The notes: generated by a model not told the origin, from the sequence alone. A DNA stretch of 26,151 nucleotides from a virus (IMGVR_UViG_3300020042_003013:1-26151); one strand, 5' to 3'. Positions 1 to 9,061 are shown, numbered from the stretch's first letter. Numbers and translations are program-made.

Positions 1-20
1 TTTTTAGATAAGGAAAATAT

Positions 21-290
21 ATGACACAAATAATTATTTACCCAAACGATGAAGGCTGGTTATCAGTTATCAGCCCAGCCGCTGAGTGTGGTTTGTCTGT
101 TGAGGAGATTGCCCGTAAGGACGTACCCGCAGGTAAGCCGTATTACATCATTAACGCAGATGAGCTTCCACAAGACACTGTGTTCTTTAACGCATGGGAG
201 GCGGACTTCACTAACGCAGTAGGCCGAGGCATTGGCGCAGACGCATGGTTTGCAGAGCAAGCCGCCAAGAAAGAAAAGGAGCAAGCATGA
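21..290 (+). CDS. Small phage protein, probable tail-fibre assembly/accessory protein
   Basis: 89-aa ORF with AAGGA RBS. The EEIARKDVPAGKPY...LP...FFNAWE pattern resembles small proteins found after tail-fibre genes in aquatic phages (recall, not searched). Confidence 0.55.
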   Translation: MTQIIIYPNDEGWLSVISPAAECGLSVEEIARKDVPAGKPYYIINADELPQDTVFFNAWEADFTNAVGRGIGADAWFAEQAAKKEKEQA

Positions 291-523
291 TTACCATCAA
301 CGTAACCAAAGCCAAAACCATAGCTCACGATGTGCGCCGTGCTGCCCGAACTGAAGAGTTCAAGCCATATGACGAAGCCATTGCCAAGCAAATCCCCGGT
401 CAAACCGGCGGCGCAGAAGAAGCAAGAGCGGCAATCAGAATTAAATACGCGACAATGCAAACCGCTATTGACGCAGCATCAACAGTAAGTGAAATCAAGG
501 CAGCAATGCCACAAGGAGTGTAA
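287..523 (+). CDS. Small helical phage protein, probable tail-fibre chaperone-like
   Basis: Start moved from 245 to ATG 287 (AAGGAG RBS, ATGA overlap with the upstream stop). 78 aa, MITINVTKAKTIAHDVRRAAR... Confidence 0.55.
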   Translation: MITINVTKAKTIAHDVRRAARTEEFKPYDEAIAKQIPGQTGGAEEARAAIRIKYATMQTAIDAASTVSEIKAAMPQGV

Positions 524-525
524 AC

Positions 526-882
526 ATGGCAATCACATACACATGGGCCGTAACAGGCATGAAAGTTACCAATGTGGGAACAGAAACCAACTACGTCGTT
601 CAAACGTACTGGACAAAAACCGGTACAGATGAGAACGGCAACACTGGCATGTTCAGTGGCGCAACACCCTTCACCGCCAACCCAGACCAAACCGACTTCA
701 TACCTTATGACGAACTGACACAAGCAATTGTGTTGGGTTGGATTGAGCCTGTTGTAACCGGCAGCTACGAAGAGCATGTCAATGCACAGATTGCCAAACA
801 GATCGCAGATAAAATCGACCCCGTAACAGAACCCGCTTTACCTTGGGTAACACCTACACCAACTCCAACCCCAACTCCATAA
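526..882 (+). CDS. Phage hypothetical protein, tail-fibre associated, with C-terminal Pro-Thr repeat
   Basis: 118 aa, AGGAG RBS. Contains DFIPYDELTQAIVLGWI and a terminal LPW followed by a (TP)n run. Confidence 0.55.
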   Translation: MAITYTWAVTGMKVTNVGTETNYVVQTYWTKTGTDENGNTGMFSGATPFTANPDQTDFIPYDELTQAIVLGWIEPVVTGSYEEHVNAQIAKQIADKIDPVTEPALPWVTPTPTPTPTP

Positions 883-891
883 GGAACACAA

Positions 892-1074
892 ATGAACGAT
901 AAAATTAACATTGGTGAAGTAACTATTACAGAATTTAATGTAATTATGAAACAATTAGCAGTAGGACAGCTTGGTGAGTGTCTTGATTTGTTTATGAAAT
1001 TAAGCAAGCTTGGTCAAGAATTTCAAGCAGCTAAACAATCTGATACTAGATTAGTACCGCCACCAGCGGTATAA
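892..1074 (+). CDS. Hypothetical protein
   Basis: 60-aa ORF, AAGGA RBS, fills the gap between neighbours. Confidence 0.65.
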   Translation: MNDKINIGEVTITEFNVIMKQLAVGQLGECLDLFMKLSKLGQEFQAAKQSDTRLVPPPAV

Positions 1075-1080
1075 AATATT

Positions 1081-1290
1081 ATGAGTGATGAGCTTATAAC
1101 AAAAACAGAAGCACGACTTAATAGCCATGAACAAGTATGTGCAGAGCGTTATGCAGCTATATCAGTAAGCCTTGATGCAGCTGGTACACGCATGACTAAG
1201 ATTGAATACTTACTATATGGCGTAATGTTATGTGTATTATTAGGTCCAGGTACTGCAGCAGAATTTGTTAAACATATTTTAGGAATGTGA
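1081..1290 (+). CDS. Small membrane protein (coiled coil plus C-terminal TM), holin/XhlA-like candidate
   Basis: HEQVCAERY motif followed by hydrophobic YLLYGVMLCVLLG; sits at the start of the lysis region. Confidence 0.5.
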   Translation: MSDELITKTEARLNSHEQVCAERYAAISVSLDAAGTRMTKIEYLLYGVMLCVLLGPGTAAEFVKHILGM

Positions 1291-1291
1291 A

Positions 1292-1990
1292 ATTGAACCT
1301 ATTAGCCTTATACTCATGGGCGCATACCAATGTGTCAACGCTATTAAAGAAGGTTGTGAACTTTATAAGCAAGCTAAAGAATCGTTTGTTGAAATAAAAC
1401 AAACATATGATGAAGCAAAAGAGGATATTCAAGAAATAGGTAATATATTTACTTTCTTAATATCCTTTTTTAAAACTAAAATCTTTGGTGTATCTGAAGT
1501 AATCAAGCCAATATCTAAACCAAAACAAAAACAAAAATATGTTACTGTAGAAGAGACTAAAGTAAGATCAGATGTTATTACTAACTTAACTAAGTTTTTT
1601 AAACTTCAAGAAGATTTAGCTAAACATATTCGTGAAGAAGAATACAAGAGCCAAAATGTTTATGATAAGAATCAGAACATTATGGAGGCTGCTTTATTAA
1701 GAGTAGATGCTATGGATCAAATGGCTGCTCTTGAGGTTACTATAAGAGAAATTATGGTATACCAAAGCCCACCTGAGATGGGTGCATTATATTCTAAAGT
1801 TTTTGACATGCGTAATGTCATCAAAGAAGAACAAGAACAAGCAAGGCTCATGGAAGAGAAACGTGAGAGGCAGATGCAATGGCAACAAAAGCAACTAGAA
1901 GAACAAACAAGAATAACAATAGCATGGGTAGTAGCAGTGATATTCCTAGCTGGATACCTCCACCTGTGGTTCCTGTATCTAACCCCTTAG
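1292..1990 (+). CDS. Coiled-coil protein with C-terminal TM helix, lysis-region hypothetical; possible ATT start at 1292 (ATG alternative at 1316)
   Basis: Open frame with C-terminal ITIAWVVAVIFLAGYLHLWFLYL. AGGA at 1281-1284 is spaced for ATT 1292, not for ATG 1316. Confidence 0.65.
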   Translation: MEPISLILMGAYQCVNAIKEGCELYKQAKESFVEIKQTYDEAKEDIQEIGNIFTFLISFFKTKIFGVSEVIKPISKPKQKQKYVTVEETKVRSDVITNLTKFFKLQEDLAKHIREEEYKSQNVYDKNQNIMEAALLRVDAMDQMAALEVTIREIMVYQSPPEMGALYSKVFDMRNVIKEEQEQARLMEEKRERQMQWQQKQLEEQTRITIAWVVAVIFLAGYLHLWFLYLTP

Positions 1991-2001
1991 AGGAGTCTCC
2001 A

Positions 2002-2181
2002 ATGTGGTATTTAGGATGGGTTGCTGCTTGTGTATTAGTTGCTATATTATTACCTATAAGTGCTATATTGTTTTCTAGAGCATACGAAACAGAACTTAAA
2101 GCAAAAGTAATACTTCAAAAGACAGAACAACTTCAAAAACAAATTGAACGTAAACAATTAAAATCAAAGGATAACGAATGA
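2002..2181 (+). CDS. Small single-pass membrane protein (N-terminal TM plus basic coiled coil)
   Basis: Start moved from 1879 to ATG 2002 (GAGGAG RBS at 1990-1995). MWYLGWVAACVLVAILLPISAILF..., 59 aa. Confidence 0.6.
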   Translation: MWYLGWVAACVLVAILLPISAILFSRAYETELKAKVILQKTEQLQKQIERKQLKSKDNE

Positions 2182-2501
2182 AACAATTAGAAAAAGACTC
2201 AGCATATAACCAATTTGATACTAACAAAGATGGTATTGTAAGTGATGAAGAATTGTCTCGTTCAGAACGAATGATGATGATTGAAAATATGGACAAGATG
2301 GCAGATCAACAACGCATTATGGCATGGTTTGCTTTAGGATTACCAGTATTACTTACTATTATTTTTGGTTCTTCTTTAATGGGTTTAGATAAGGTAGCTG
2401 CGTTGTCAGGATTATTAACAACCTATTGTGCTGGTATGACTACTATTGTTGTGGCATTTATGGCTGCTCAAGCATACACTAGAGGAAAGATTTCCGAATA
2501 A
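2178..2501 (+). CDS. Putative holin with N-terminal EF-hand loop and two TM helices
   Basis: DTNKDGIVSDEE loop and two hydrophobic segments; directly upstream of the spanins and endolysin. Confidence 0.55.
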   Translation: MKQLEKDSAYNQFDTNKDGIVSDEELSRSERMMMIENMDKMADQQRIMAWFALGLPVLLTIIFGSSLMGLDKVAALSGLLTTYCAGMTTIVVAFMAAQAYTRGKISE

Positions 2502-2977
2502 TGAGAACAATCTTAGTATGTGTTATAGCTATTTTAATAGCCTTTGGACTAGGATATTGGAAAGGTAGCTATGATGCAGGAGTAGAAACAGCACTACAAG
2601 TATCTGCCGCAAATGATGTTGCCAGAGAAACAGAAAAACAAATGGGTGAAGTAGCAACAACATATGCTACTGTATTAAGAAAGAAAGAGAAAGATGCTCA
2701 AAAGAAAATTACTGATCTTCGCATTGCCGTTGCTAATGGTGAGCGCAAGTTGTTCCTTCCTACCCAAGCCCCCAACTGTAGTGTATCAACCCCCTCAGAT
2801 GCCCCCACTCCCAGTGGAAGTAACTCAAGAGAAACACGAACCGAACTTGACCGACAGGTTGCTGAATCTCTTATCGCAATAACATCTGAAGGTGACAGTG
2901 CTATTCGTAAATTAAATGTTTGTATTAGTCAATACAATGAAATTAAGGATAAAATAAATGACCCAATTAAGCGCTAA
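2501..2977 (+). CDS. Inner-membrane spanin (Rz-like)
   Basis: N-terminal TM (ILVCVIAILIAFGLGYW), coiled coil, C-terminal EGD..IRKLNVC motif, and an embedded lipoprotein ORF. Confidence 0.8.
   Translation: MRTILVCVIAILIAFGLGYWKGSYDAGVETALQVSAANDVARETEKQMGEVATTYATVLRKKEKDAQKKITDLRIAVANGERKLFLPTQAPNCSVSTPSDAPTPSGSNSRETRTELDRQVAESLIAITSEGDSAIRKLNVCISQYNEIKDKINDPIKR
2694..2882 (+). CDS. Outer-membrane spanin lipoprotein (Rz1-like), embedded in the +1 frame of Rz
   Basis: Basic N-terminus, hydrophobic core, lipobox-like VSASC, Pro-rich mature part. Confidence 0.75.
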   Translation: MLKRKLLIFALPLLMVSASCSFLPKPPTVVYQPPQMPPLPVEVTQEKHEPNLTDRLLNLLSQ

Positions 2978-3422
2978 TTTTTCTTTAAAAGAATTATCTA
3001 GATCAGATACAGCAACAAGATTAGGTTTAAATAATACACCTGATGCTACAGCTACAGCTAACCTTACACTGTTATGCGAAAAAGTATTACAACCTGTAAG
3101 AGATCATTATGGTAAAGTAACTGTTAATAGTGCTTATCGTTCTCCTGAATCAAATGCTGCAGTAGGTGGATCAAAGACATCAGATCACTGTAAAGGTATG
3201 GCAGCTGATATTGAAATATCAGGTGTAGCTAATGGTGATTTAGCTCAATACGTTAAAGATAATTTTAAATTCACACAGTTAATCCTTGAATTTTATACAC
3301 AAGGAATTCCTGACTCAGGTTGGGTACACGTATCGTATGACCCTAATAACCTTAAATGTGAATGTTTAACTGCTACAAAACAAAATGGTAAGACAGTTTA
3401 TCTTAAAGGTTTGCAGCCTTAA
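2958..3422 (+). CDS. Endolysin, peptidase M15 family (Zn-dependent)
   Basis: NFSLKEL, SAYRSPESNAAVGG, SDH-x6-D (HCKGMAAD) and WVHVS zinc-ligand motifs. Confidence 0.85.
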   Translation: MTQLSANFSLKELSRSDTATRLGLNNTPDATATANLTLLCEKVLQPVRDHYGKVTVNSAYRSPESNAAVGGSKTSDHCKGMAADIEISGVANGDLAQYVKDNFKFTQLILEFYTQGIPDSGWVHVSYDPNNLKCECLTATKQNGKTVYLKGLQP

Positions 3423-3429
3423 AGCAGAC

Positions 3430-3441
3430 GTCCCCTAATAG
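3430..3441 (+). promoter_or_regulatory. Candidate phage RNAP promoter, copy 1 (GTCCCCTAATAG)
   Basis: Intergenic, sense orientation before phoH; identical 11-mer found at two other gene boundaries. Confidence 0.6.
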
Positions 3442-3457
3442 AGAACAAGGAATTTAA

Positions 3458-4138
3458 TTGAAACGTAACGCTAAACAACAACGAGATCTAACCCAAACCC
3501 CTCGTGTATTTCATATTCAACCTAAAACATTTAATCAAAAATTGTTATTAGAATCCATAGAAGAATTTGAAATAGTAGTTGCATTAGGTCCAGCAGGAAC
3601 TGGTAAAACCTTTTGTAGTGCAAGTAAGGTAGCTCAATTATATCTTAAAGGTAATTATGACCATATAATTCTTAGTAGAGCTAATGTACCTACAGGAAAA
3701 TCTTTAGGTTCATTTCCAGGAACAGTAGAAGATAAATTAAGTCCTTGGCTATTACCAATTACCTCAGTGTTAGAAAAACAATTTGGCGTTTCTAAATATC
3801 ATTACTTAGCTAATAAAAGAATAATCCAAATGCAGCCACTTGAAACTATACGTGGTAGATCATTTGAGAATTCATTAGTTATTGTAGATGAATGTCAGAA
3901 TTTAAATTTTGATGAGATTAAAGCTATTACAACTAGACTAGGTGAAAATTCTAAAATGATTCTTTCTGGTGATTCATCTCAGTCAGATGTATCTAATGGT
4001 AATGGTATTATTAAGTTTTGTAAAATGTGCGAAAGAAATAATATTGAAATACCAATAGTTGAATTCACAACAGATGATGTAGTGAGATCTGATATTGTTG
4101 GAGCATTAGTTAAAATGTTTGTAAAAGAAAAAGTTTAA
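3458..4138 (+). CDS. phoH: PhoH-family ATPase
   Basis: GPAGTGKT Walker A, LGSFPG, RGRSF, IVDECQN, TRLGE, GD..QSD and VRS motifs; TTG start with AAGGA RBS. Confidence 0.93.
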   Translation: MKRNAKQQRDLTQTPRVFHIQPKTFNQKLLLESIEEFEIVVALGPAGTGKTFCSASKVAQLYLKGNYDHIILSRANVPTGKSLGSFPGTVEDKLSPWLLPITSVLEKQFGVSKYHYLANKRIIQMQPLETIRGRSFENSLVIVDECQNLNFDEIKAITTRLGENSKMILSGDSSQSDVSNGNGIIKFCKMCERNNIEIPIVEFTTDDVVRSDIVGALVKMFVKEKV

Positions 4139-4148
4139 AGGAATTAAT

Positions 4149-5690
4149 ATGGCTACAACAATAGAACAGTTTGGCAAAGGTGGGTGGAACGCAGATATGC
4201 CCCCAATGATTTTACCAATGAATACTTTTACAGATGTATTAAATATAAGATTTGATGATGAGTCTGTACAAGCAACTACTGGTGAAACTACTTCCAGAGT
4301 TGTAGCTATATCTCCTGACTATGGTATTCATTGGAGAAGACCAGATACTGGATACAACATATTTGCTAAGAACGGAAATATAGTTAGAGTGGATTCTGCT
4401 GGTAATACCTCATCTATGTTTAGCAGTGCTTCTTCCTCATATAATAATAGTGATTGGCAAGGTACTTTGTTTAACGGTGGTTATGCTGTTATTTTAAATA
4501 ACGGTGTTACTACCCCATTGTATTGTTTATATGGTAGTGCTACTGCAGATAACGCCTTTCAACCATTGCCAGGATGGAACTATATTGCAGGTTTAACAGT
4601 AACCGCTAAAGTAATTCGATCATTAGGCTATTCTTTAGTTGCGGCTAATTTAACTTTAAGTCAAAGTGGTATTTTAACTTACGCACCTAGCACTATAAGA
4701 ATTTCTGTTCAGGCAGCTACAGGATCAATCCCTACAATATGGCAACCAGGTTTTACTACAGATACAGCAGATGAATTTGAAATAAGTTCTACTTCACCTA
4801 TTTTAGATATGTGTGAATTAAGAGGTAGTATGTTTATATATTCTTCTGATTGTATTAATATACTTAGTATTGGTGCTAACACAAGAGTATCTCCTTACAG
4901 TAAATCTTATGGTATTCTAAGTACAGATTGTGTTATTGAAGTTGATGGAAAACATTTTGTAGTTGATCGTAATGATATTTATACGCATAATGGTTCAGGA
5001 GCTATTGAATCAATTGCTGACTTTAGAATTAAAAAATATTTCTTTAATAATTTAAATAAAAATTATATTAATAAAGTACATTTAACTAAAAATTCTTTTT
5101 ATAAAGAAATATGGATTAACTTTCCTAAGGGTTCTTCTACAGTATGCAACGAAGCTTTAGTGTTTAATTACAAAAATAATACATGGTCTAAAAGAACATT
5201 ACCTTCTTTAACTTATTCATTTACTGGCCCTGCTAATGTGTCTAACACATTTCAGTATGGTACTGAAGTAATATACATGTGTACTAATTCAACACAAACA
5301 TTAGTTACTGACAGCAATTATCTAATGTGGAATGGTTCAGCATTAGCAGCATACACTTCTTATATTGAAAAGAAAAAACTAAACACAGGTGATGTGTCAG
5401 GTAGTACAATGATTAGTGCAGTGTATCCTATCTTTGATCAAGTACCTAACAATGCAAATATTACTGTAAGAGTAATAGGTCAAAACAATTATGTAGATAA
5501 TATTGATTTGTCAATAGATGATCCTGACTTAAAAGATACATTTGTATTTTTACCTAATAATGAAAAGTCTCAAGGATACAAGGTTGATCCAAGAGTTTAT
5601 GGTCGTGTAATGAATTATAGAATAACAACTACAGGCTATTGGCGTTTAGCTACTATGGCACTTGATTCTAAACAAATAGATAGGAGATAA
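4149..5690 (+). CDS. Tail nozzle / head-closure protein (P22 gp10 / T7 gp12-like beta-propeller)
   Basis: 513 aa, beta-rich, EIWINFP...ALVFNYKNNTWS pattern; located before the tail and ejection genes. Confidence 0.6.
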   Translation: MATTIEQFGKGGWNADMPPMILPMNTFTDVLNIRFDDESVQATTGETTSRVVAISPDYGIHWRRPDTGYNIFAKNGNIVRVDSAGNTSSMFSSASSSYNNSDWQGTLFNGGYAVILNNGVTTPLYCLYGSATADNAFQPLPGWNYIAGLTVTAKVIRSLGYSLVAANLTLSQSGILTYAPSTIRISVQAATGSIPTIWQPGFTTDTADEFEISSTSPILDMCELRGSMFIYSSDCINILSIGANTRVSPYSKSYGILSTDCVIEVDGKHFVVDRNDIYTHNGSGAIESIADFRIKKYFFNNLNKNYINKVHLTKNSFYKEIWINFPKGSSTVCNEALVFNYKNNTWSKRTLPSLTYSFTGPANVSNTFQYGTEVIYMCTNSTQTLVTDSNYLMWNGSALAAYTSYIEKKKLNTGDVSGSTMISAVYPIFDQVPNNANITVRVIGQNNYVDNIDLSIDDPDLKDTFVFLPNNEKSQGYKVDPRVYGRVMNYRITTTGYWRLATMALDSKQIDRR

Positions 5691-5691
5691 A

Positions 5692-7848
5692 ATGTTTAGC
5701 CCTCCTATTACTGATAATACAGATTTAAATTCATTTTTAGCTCAAGTATTTTTAGATTATCAAAATAATTCTGGCACATCAAACTCAGTAGTATCAACTA
5801 ATACTAGCACTGGTTCTATAGCAGATAACTCAGGAAATCTTGTTGGTTACCTTTATAGATATCTTGATGTTAAGTATGCTGATGATCCAATAGGTACAAA
5901 TATATCAGATAACCCTTATTTAAAAACATGGTTTGGTGTAAGGAATGATGACACAGTTGTTGAAAGTACTAATCCAGCATCATACACTTGGTTTGAAGTT
6001 GCTGATGGTGGATTTGGCATTAGTAAAGTATTATGGATAGCTACTACTGGTGGACGATTTGCAACATTTGCAGTATCTACAGAAGCTCCTGACGAAAACA
6101 AACAATGGAGAATTGTACCTCAAAGATCTATTGACTTAGATAATCCTTCTGCAGTATTTAATCAATATTTAATTATTAGATATGCAGACGATTCAGTAGG
6201 TACAGGGTTTTCTACAACTCCAACAAACAAAACTTATTACGGTATATACACAAGTACTGATGGTTCTACTTCAGTAGACCCAACACTGTTTGAATGGTCA
6301 CCTTTTACTTTTGGAACTACTTATGAGATATATTACAGATCTTATGGTGGACGTAACATTGATGTGTTACCTGCTCAAACAAGACCATTAGGGTATATTG
6401 AATACAAAGGAGATGTACTTAATTTAGATGTTTCAACTTTAGGAACAGTAGATACTATTGGTATTATTTCTGAAGAGCCACTTATTATTGAGTCACCATA
6501 CCAATACTTATTAGTTCAATATGCTACTAGTATTACAGGGGCAGGTAACAGTAACAACCCTTCAGGCAAAACTTATTTTGGTTTACAAGCATCTGATGTG
6601 TTAACTACAGATAACAATCCTGCAAATTACACATGGTTTCCAGCTAATGGAACATTCTTAACTACAGTTAATTTGTGGGTAAGAACTAACTCAGCTAATG
6701 TAGTTCAATTTAGTTTAACTCAAAATGCACCTGATTCTTCTGGTTGGAAAAATATATGTGAACAAACAGATTTAGTTGACTATATTGATATGTATCAAAG
6801 ATCTGGCTCTGTTATCACTAACATTACTAGTCCTACTGATGGAAGAATATCATATTTCAGTAACAATAATGGTGTAGCTAATATTAACCTTGACCCTTAT
6901 GGTGAAGGAAAAGATTCAGGTGGATTTACTATTGATATTGTTACAACAGCAACTATTGGTATAGATCAATTTGGTAGAGTATACCAAACAGGTGCTGCTG
7001 ACCAAGTATTATTTAGTTCAATGATAACTACTGCAACATCAGGACAAACTGTATTTAATTTTTCTAACCCACTAACAAATCAAATATTAGTATTTAGAAA
7101 CGGTATGTTTCTTAAACCAATAACTGATTACGCTAGAACATCATCTAATGTTACATTTACAAATGCTTGCGTAGCAGGTGATGTTATAACAATGTATTAC
7201 ATTAGGCTTATTGATGGTATTACAGAAACAGATAAAGTTCCTTTTGTAACTTCTAGTGGTACTCTTTCTAATGGACAAACATATATACCAGCTACATACC
7301 CTAATGGTTCTGAGTTATTATTTATTAATGGTGTTTTAATAGTAGATACTGACTACTCTTATTATGGTACAAGTCAAGGATATCTTTTAAATGTTCTTGC
7401 TCAGGGTGGTGACTATACTATAGTTTCTTTTTCTTCTAGTAATTCTAATGTGTTAATCTTTGGTGAAAATTATACTGAAACTAATTCTGGAACTAACAAT
7501 GTAGTATTTCCAACTCCATACTTTAGAAATTCGCATTTAATATGGCTTAATGGTGTTCTCCTCAGACCAACAAGTGATTATTCAATTCCTGGTTCAGGAG
7601 CAACATCATATAATTTAACCCAAATAGGTGCTTTAAATATTAGTGGACAACCATATCAATATTGTTCTTTCAATAAGTACGGTGAGGCTTCTGCTTCTTC
7701 AATGAGTTCTGCTGGAGTACGAGGTATAGATATGCCATTTGAATCTGAGAAAAAACCAACAATAGCAGATATGTTTAAAGCTATGCAATCTCAAATAGAT
7801 GAATTACGTTTACAAGTGAAAGGTCAAACAAATGACACAAGCAATTAA
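5692..7848 (+). CDS. Tail fibre/spike-like virion protein with two sets of triplicated domains
   Basis: Three YADD..GT...K.Y.G...P..Y.W repeats, three NG.L....DY repeats, C-terminal coiled coil. Confidence 0.6.
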   Translation: MFSPPITDNTDLNSFLAQVFLDYQNNSGTSNSVVSTNTSTGSIADNSGNLVGYLYRYLDVKYADDPIGTNISDNPYLKTWFGVRNDDTVVESTNPASYTWFEVADGGFGISKVLWIATTGGRFATFAVSTEAPDENKQWRIVPQRSIDLDNPSAVFNQYLIIRYADDSVGTGFSTTPTNKTYYGIYTSTDGSTSVDPTLFEWSPFTFGTTYEIYYRSYGGRNIDVLPAQTRPLGYIEYKGDVLNLDVSTLGTVDTIGIISEEPLIIESPYQYLLVQYATSITGAGNSNNPSGKTYFGLQASDVLTTDNNPANYTWFPANGTFLTTVNLWVRTNSANVVQFSLTQNAPDSSGWKNICEQTDLVDYIDMYQRSGSVITNITSPTDGRISYFSNNNGVANINLDPYGEGKDSGGFTIDIVTTATIGIDQFGRVYQTGAADQVLFSSMITTATSGQTVFNFSNPLTNQILVFRNGMFLKPITDYARTSSNVTFTNACVAGDVITMYYIRLIDGITETDKVPFVTSSGTLSNGQTYIPATYPNGSELLFINGVLIVDTDYSYYGTSQGYLLNVLAQGGDYTIVSFSSSNSNVLIFGENYTETNSGTNNVVFPTPYFRNSHLIWLNGVLLRPTSDYSIPGSGATSYNLTQIGALNISGQPYQYCSFNKYGEASASSMSSAGVRGIDMPFESEKKPTIADMFKAMQSQIDELRLQVKGQTNDTSN

Positions 7849-8506
7849 CTTAGCAAACTTTGCTAACTCCGTTGATACCTCAGGACAAATACCTCCTACT
7901 GCATTAAATACATTTGTGCCTGTATCTAAGGGTGGAACTGGTGGAACTACACAAGCTAGTGCAAGAGCAGGTATAGGATCAGCTGCTGTAGGTGATGCTG
8001 TGTTTTTGTCAGCTACACAGGGAGCTGCTCAATCGGCTATGGGTGTTGTAGTTGGAACTAATGTACCCTCTACAACAGGTACAGGAGCAAATGGTACATG
8101 GGCTATTAATATTTCAGGAACAGCAAATAACGCAACAACTGCTGGAAACGTATCAGGCACGGTTGGTATTGCAAACGGTGGTACAGGGCAAAATACCGCT
8201 GTTAATGCTGGTTCTGCTTTAGGTGCTATTGGTGTAGGCCAAACAACACAAGATGTATCCGCTAGCCGAGTAGCAAATGCTGATTATATAAACAACACTG
8301 GCAGGCCTATCATGGTTTATGTATCTACAGTAAATGCTAGCCCTAGTTCCACTACTTCTTTACAAGCAATTGTAAATGGCATTACAATACTGTATGCTGG
8401 ATTACAATCAAATAGGCGTGCAGCTGTAACATTTATTGTTCCTGATGGTTCTACATATTCTATTGGTACAGGGGACACTATACAAACTTGGTGTGAGTTG
8501 AGATAA
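7832..8506 (+). CDS. Short tail fibre protein
   Basis: Gly/Ala/Thr-rich with GGTG repeats; C-terminal YINNTGRPIMV...FIVPDGSTY...W.ELR tip domain. Confidence 0.7.
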   Translation: MTQAINLANFANSVDTSGQIPPTALNTFVPVSKGGTGGTTQASARAGIGSAAVGDAVFLSATQGAAQSAMGVVVGTNVPSTTGTGANGTWAINISGTANNATTAGNVSGTVGIANGGTGQNTAVNAGSALGAIGVGQTTQDVSASRVANADYINNTGRPIMVYVSTVNASPSSTTSLQAIVNGITILYAGLQSNRRAAVTFIVPDGSTYSIGTGDTIQTWCELR

Positions 8507-8644
8507 AAAATAATTATAAGCGCACTTTTAATACAAGTTTAACTAAAATAATTATTTATCTTTGTGTATAAAAATATATTGATTTGTATTATATTGTTAA
8601 TAAATTTATAAATAAATTATAAATATAAAATTAATAAGGAAAAC
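8507..8644. other. Extremely AT-rich intergenic spacer
   Basis: 138 nt almost devoid of G/C; the longest non-coding gap in the window. Confidence 0.7.
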
Positions 8645-9061
8645 ATGGAAATAGTAATACTACCCCCAGAATTAGTTTTAAAACATTGGATTGCTATTTC
8701 TAGTTTATTAGAAAAGGCTTTAGACAGAGGCCAAAACGAAACTAGTCTAACTGACTATATGCGTAAGATATTAAACAATGAAGTACAATGTTGGATAATA
8801 GGGGATGACAAACATAGTATTGTAGGTGCAGCATTAACTAGAGTAATTCAATATGCACAATATAAAACACTTCATATCATAGCCTTTGCAGGTAAAGACT
8901 TTGAAGAACAATCTAAAGTATTTCCCACTGTGGAAAAGTTTGCACGACAAATGGAATGTAAAGCTATTGAACAATGGGGAAGACCAGGATGGGCAAAAGA
9001 ATTACCCAAGTATGTTCCTGGTTTCAAACAAGCATACGTAGTTATGAGAAAAGATTTATAA
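8645..9061 (+). CDS. GNAT-like virion assembly protein (positional equivalent of T7 gp13 / P22 gp14)
   Basis: 138 aa with LHIIAFAG...FARQMEC.AIE.WGRPGW motif; precedes the ejection genes. Confidence 0.55.
   Translation: MEIVILPPELVLKHWIAISSLLEKALDRGQNETSLTDYMRKILNNEVQCWIIGDDKHSIVGAALTRVIQYAQYKTLHIIAFAGKDFEEQSKVFPTVEKFARQMECKAIEQWGRPGWAKELPKYVPGFKQAYVVMRKDL

Noticed and set aside
63-1007. Minus-strand ORFs 63-284, 143-460, 400-777 and 765-1007
   Set aside because: Antisense shadows of well-supported + strand genes in the GC-richer region; no recognisable motifs.
1981-1995. AACCCCTTAGAG as a fourth promoter copy
   Set aside because: Matches only the CCCCT core; explained by the stop codon and RBS.
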